38,765 nucleotides of DNA from Trichoplax sp. H2. Taxonomy: Eukaryota. The notes below the pieces were generated by a model. The model saw only the letters and a program-made list of their open reading frames with translations, searched no databases and was not told the DNA's origin. The stretch lies in assembly GCA_003344405.1 (NCBI GenBank), contig NOWV01000177.1, positions 124,001 to 162,765 of the forward strand. The letters run 5' to 3'. Of the stretch, positions 35,331 through 38,765 are shown in pieces; positions within the stretch are counted from its first letter, which is position 1; the number at the start of each line of letters is the position of its first letter. Position numbers and translations under genes: made by a program.

Positions 35331-35512
35331 CTACTGCTACTTCGGTACCTGTGATCAGCGACTGCATTTATAGAACTGAAAATTTCTAGTTTATTATGTC
35401 CAGGTAGTAAGTCTACAGTATTCTTATTACTTTATCTAAGATTGATATTTATTAAATCGACTGTACTTAAATAGATGTGTAATAAAACCTGTTCTACCAA
35501 TGTTAATTAGAG

Positions 35513-36511
35513 TATACTGCTTGGCTTTTACAACTCTTGAGGTTCGTAATCGTCTAACTCAAAATCGGAGTTATTGAAATTTAGCTAATCTATAACGTGA
35601 TACGAGATCAGATAAATAGCATGTTAACCTCAAAAGTATCGTTCATTAATAGAACGCTTGACAAAGTAAGAATTCGATTTTGTTCCCTCATAATAGCAGT
35701 CGACAGTGGCTACAATAAACCAGATAATCGATTTTGTCTCCACGATAGCAATTTCAAATTATTTAACATTTTGTCACAATTTTACTTCTGCGACAAGGTA
35801 ACGCACAGTAAAAGTCTATAAGTAGCTACTGACCTAAACGCCCTCTTACTTAATGTTAAACACACAGAAAAAAAGACTGTAAAGATGAAACTTTTATTAG
35901 CAAAGATACATCTACAACTTTTTACCGCCACTGAGCTCAAATGTTCCCGTTTATATAGGAACCGTCTAATTCGTAAACAACGACAGTATTATTGTTATAC
36001 CTTACCAGGAGAAACATCTCGAACTGAGATGATCCTTTTTACATAGCTTTTCCATCAGTAAATATTTTGAATCTCTTACTCATACTTAATTTTAATCTAA
36101 GCTCGTAGGTTATCTAATTCAACTATCATCAACTAGAACTTGAATCATCTTACTGCTATCTGTCACACAATAACAATCAATATTAAGTATGTAATGAACT
36201 ATTACAAACAACATCCACGTTAAGGCATTAATTACCTTACCCGGCACTACAAATATGGATATTCTCCATACTAGTTACTACTGTACTTAGTAAACTATCC
36301 TAATAAGGCAACACCGTAATACATTTATATTAGACATTACACCATAACATCACCTAATATAGCCGACTGCTGTGGGCTTATATGAATATTATAAGTACGC
36401 TTACAACGTTTCATCGGTAGTCATGAAATTACCTTATAAGCATAGTAGGTAATTCTTCTTCTTATGGCTACCGAACTTCAATTACTACTGTAATTAGCTG
36501 AAACTGCTACA
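35513..36511 (-). mobile_element. Family B LTR-like element with an extra ~552-bp internal segment
   Basis: The reverse complement starts TGTAGCAGTTTCAGCTAATTACAGTAGTAATTGAAG, matching 29132 onward. 35513-35771 matches the 3' part of the 29-kb copy (TATCGTGGAGA, TTTGTCAAGC.TTCTATTAAT, GTATCACG.TATAGATTAGCT). No clear TSD. Confidence 0.75.
35772..36323 (-). mobile_element. Probable nested solo LTR inside the family B element
   Basis: This segment is absent from the 29132-29584 copy. On the minus strand it reads TGTATTAC...TGTGACA and has TATATAAA (35950-35957) followed by AATAAA (35893-35898). No clean TSD. Confidence 0.45.
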
Positions 36512-36730
36512 AGATCACACAAGTAATTTTATAATATCAGAGATACTGATTTTCCATCGATTGAGATACTATGTAATAGTGCAACAAGCTCTGTCAGACA
36601 AGGTAAACTTCCTACAACAGCAGATCTTAGAAAGAAGAACTAAGAACAACGATGGCAGAAAAGCGAAGCTACTTAAATGCGTTATCTGATTTTTTACAAT
36701 ATAATAATTGCGAAAAACATCACTTAACAC
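36512..36730 (-). pseudogene. Decayed LRR remnant with Cys-rich C-terminal cap (LRR-GPCR ectodomain-like)
   Basis: One frame reads DVFRNYYIVKNQITHLSSFAFLPSLFLVLLSKICCCRKFTLSDRACCTIT*, i.e. NxIxxLxxxxF followed by SD..CC. It runs directly into the LTR at 36511. Confidence 0.4.
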
Positions 36731-37891
36731 TAACAAAACTTAGTGCGAGAATATAATTCTAAGATTGGTATCACATTCTACGAAGCTGAAATCAACATAC
36801 ATGAATTATCACAAACATTACTTATATGTACCTGGTATCGTCAACAGCCATAGATTTTGGCATTATTTTTAAGTTATCTAATTTACTTCTATATAATTAT
36901 AATATATCGACAACGATAGTTTATCTAACAGCTTCACTGCAGGATAGTCTCAAGCAATTTTCTATCATTTCCTATAGAATAGTTAATATTATACTGAAAG
37001 ATCTTGGCATCAGATTATTCTTTTAATTCGACATGAATGTGCGGTAAGCAGTACTTGGAGTGAGATAATTTTAAATTAGCCATTACTAAAGGCGTAGTCT
37101 AGAGAATGATATGTGGCTTTTTCCGTGCAATATTTAGTATTTTGTTTCAGGATTTTAGTATCAAATTCTACTAATTAGCTTATGTCCAAAATACTAATGT
37201 AGATAGTATTGCGACTTTTCTAATAGAATAACTAATGATTTACTTGTCCTTTTTAACACTAAATTGTACTTGTAATTGTACAGGCGTACTTGGTTGAATG
37301 AAATTTGCATCGTTACGTGGGAAACAATATGATCATTATCCTATCTTTTCGTATTATGTTAAGATTTTGAGTAAATTATACATAGAACTTATTCTTTACC
37401 TTAAGTAAAAAGTATCATGAGTTCTTTTGTTGGCTTACAATCTCAGTGAATAACTAGATGGTCTGTTATTATTGTCTTAAACATCTTTCAATTCGTATCG
37501 TTCAACTTCATGTCATTTTGAAAGATAATAGCAATAAAAGCATTGCATACAAAAGTATAATAAAAGTCTTGGGCATAAACGAAGTACTACTAACAATAGC
37601 GAAGCTTGTTTCTTACGGCGTCAAATAAAGCCTCTGATATAACAGAGTGCCATAATAAATGTTAAACATATTTATATATTGGTTTATTATAAATAATACA
37701 GTTAGAAAAGTACCAATCTTAGGTTGAATTTAAGCTGGTAATAGTGGTTTTAATGTCATGCCAATGCGCTTATTCTATCATGCTTATCTGTCACGGTACG
37801 AACTACCGTGAAGAAATAGCTCTTTAAATTTGATCAATGTAATATAGTGATAATATATTACAACTAGTTACTTACAATAGGAATTACTCTA

Positions 37892-38449
37892 TGTGATATA
37901 AACCAATCATGAAATTCCAAATTTTTAGAAAGATAAGGGCTTTATTGAATCTTATACAAAGAATAACTACACACAGCTCTACTCTAGCCGAATACTACTA
38001 CTAAAGACTTCTACAACGAACTAATAGAATAATCTAACGTTGCATGCTTTTATACTTTTCGTAGCATTCGCAGCTACAATCCGCATGGTAACCTTTTACC
38101 TTATTTTACACATAGTTAAATTATTCTTAGTAAGACTGTTCTACTGCGGACCATCATTAATCCAATATGGATACGACTACAGTACTTACGTAGACATTAT
38201 TCACACCAGTCCAAGCATAATGAATTAACCATATCCTAATTTATGATTTACAGTTCCATTTTTACCTATAGCCTTATTAGTAACTTAACACTTTAGTGTA
38301 CATGGTCATCTGTACTCTAGCATAGAGTCTACACCACTACAGTCTATAGTTATAGCTGCCGAATATCTCTTAGGATAAATATACAGTATACCGTACATTA
38401 TACTAGACATGGCTAACAGTCTACAATCACAATACTAAGTTACACTACA
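37892..38449 (-). mobile_element. Solo LTR, family A, copy 3 (558 bp)
   Basis: Termini TGTGAT...ACTACA with a perfect TSD CTCTA at 37887-37891 and 38450-38454. Minus-strand TATAAAAG (38047-38054) and AATAAA (37941-37946) are conserved with copy 1. Confidence 0.9.
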
Positions 38450-38765
38450 CTCTAATTATAAATGTGTTACTGTAAATTTTATGCTGTGCTGTAATGTGCA
38501 CTGAAATGATTTAGTGAATGGACATATTGTAGTCCGACTGTGAAAAATTAGTTAGTAGATGTTCTCACCTTAGTATTTTTATAAGATGACTCATGAATGT
38601 TAGCTGCTGTAGAAGGGTATACAAGCGCGTCAGATAGTTGAATAAAGTAGTACTCAATTGTCTAGTGGAGTTTAATATAGAATCAAAGGCGTCTAAATTC
38701 TTGTGAGTAGGGATACTGAATCCGCAGATTTTAGAGATTTAGAGATTTGTTTTACGTTATCCTTG

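Overview
AT-rich, intron-dense eukaryotic genomic DNA from an animal. The short GT-AG introns, a TTAGGG tract and the gene content are compatible with a placozoan such as Trichoplax, but the taxon is my inference. Three intact genes were reconstructed by hand. (1) A minus-strand EF-hand + WD40 ciliary gene, WDR49/CFAP337-like, with at least 33 exons at 1855-12281 (1048 aa recovered, start exon not found). (2) A plus-strand 3-exon secreted single-domain M14B (CPE/CPD/CPN-type) metallocarboxypeptidase at 22937-24629 (413 aa). (3) A minus-strand 2-exon orphan gene at 27643-28927 (257 aa) with a signal/anchor, basic cleavage-like sites and an amphipathic C-terminal helix. The intergenic space is structured. 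It holds three solo LTRs of one family, each with its own perfect 5-bp target-site duplication (228-779, 18254-18819, 37892-38449), and further TGTAG...CTACA LTR-like elements, one carrying a probable nested LTR. It also holds several heavily decayed LRR and class-A GPCR coding remnants. The duplication flanking the 20-N gap is most likely an assembly artefact. I found no prokaryotic-type system such as CRISPR or an operon. All alignments and translations were done by eye.
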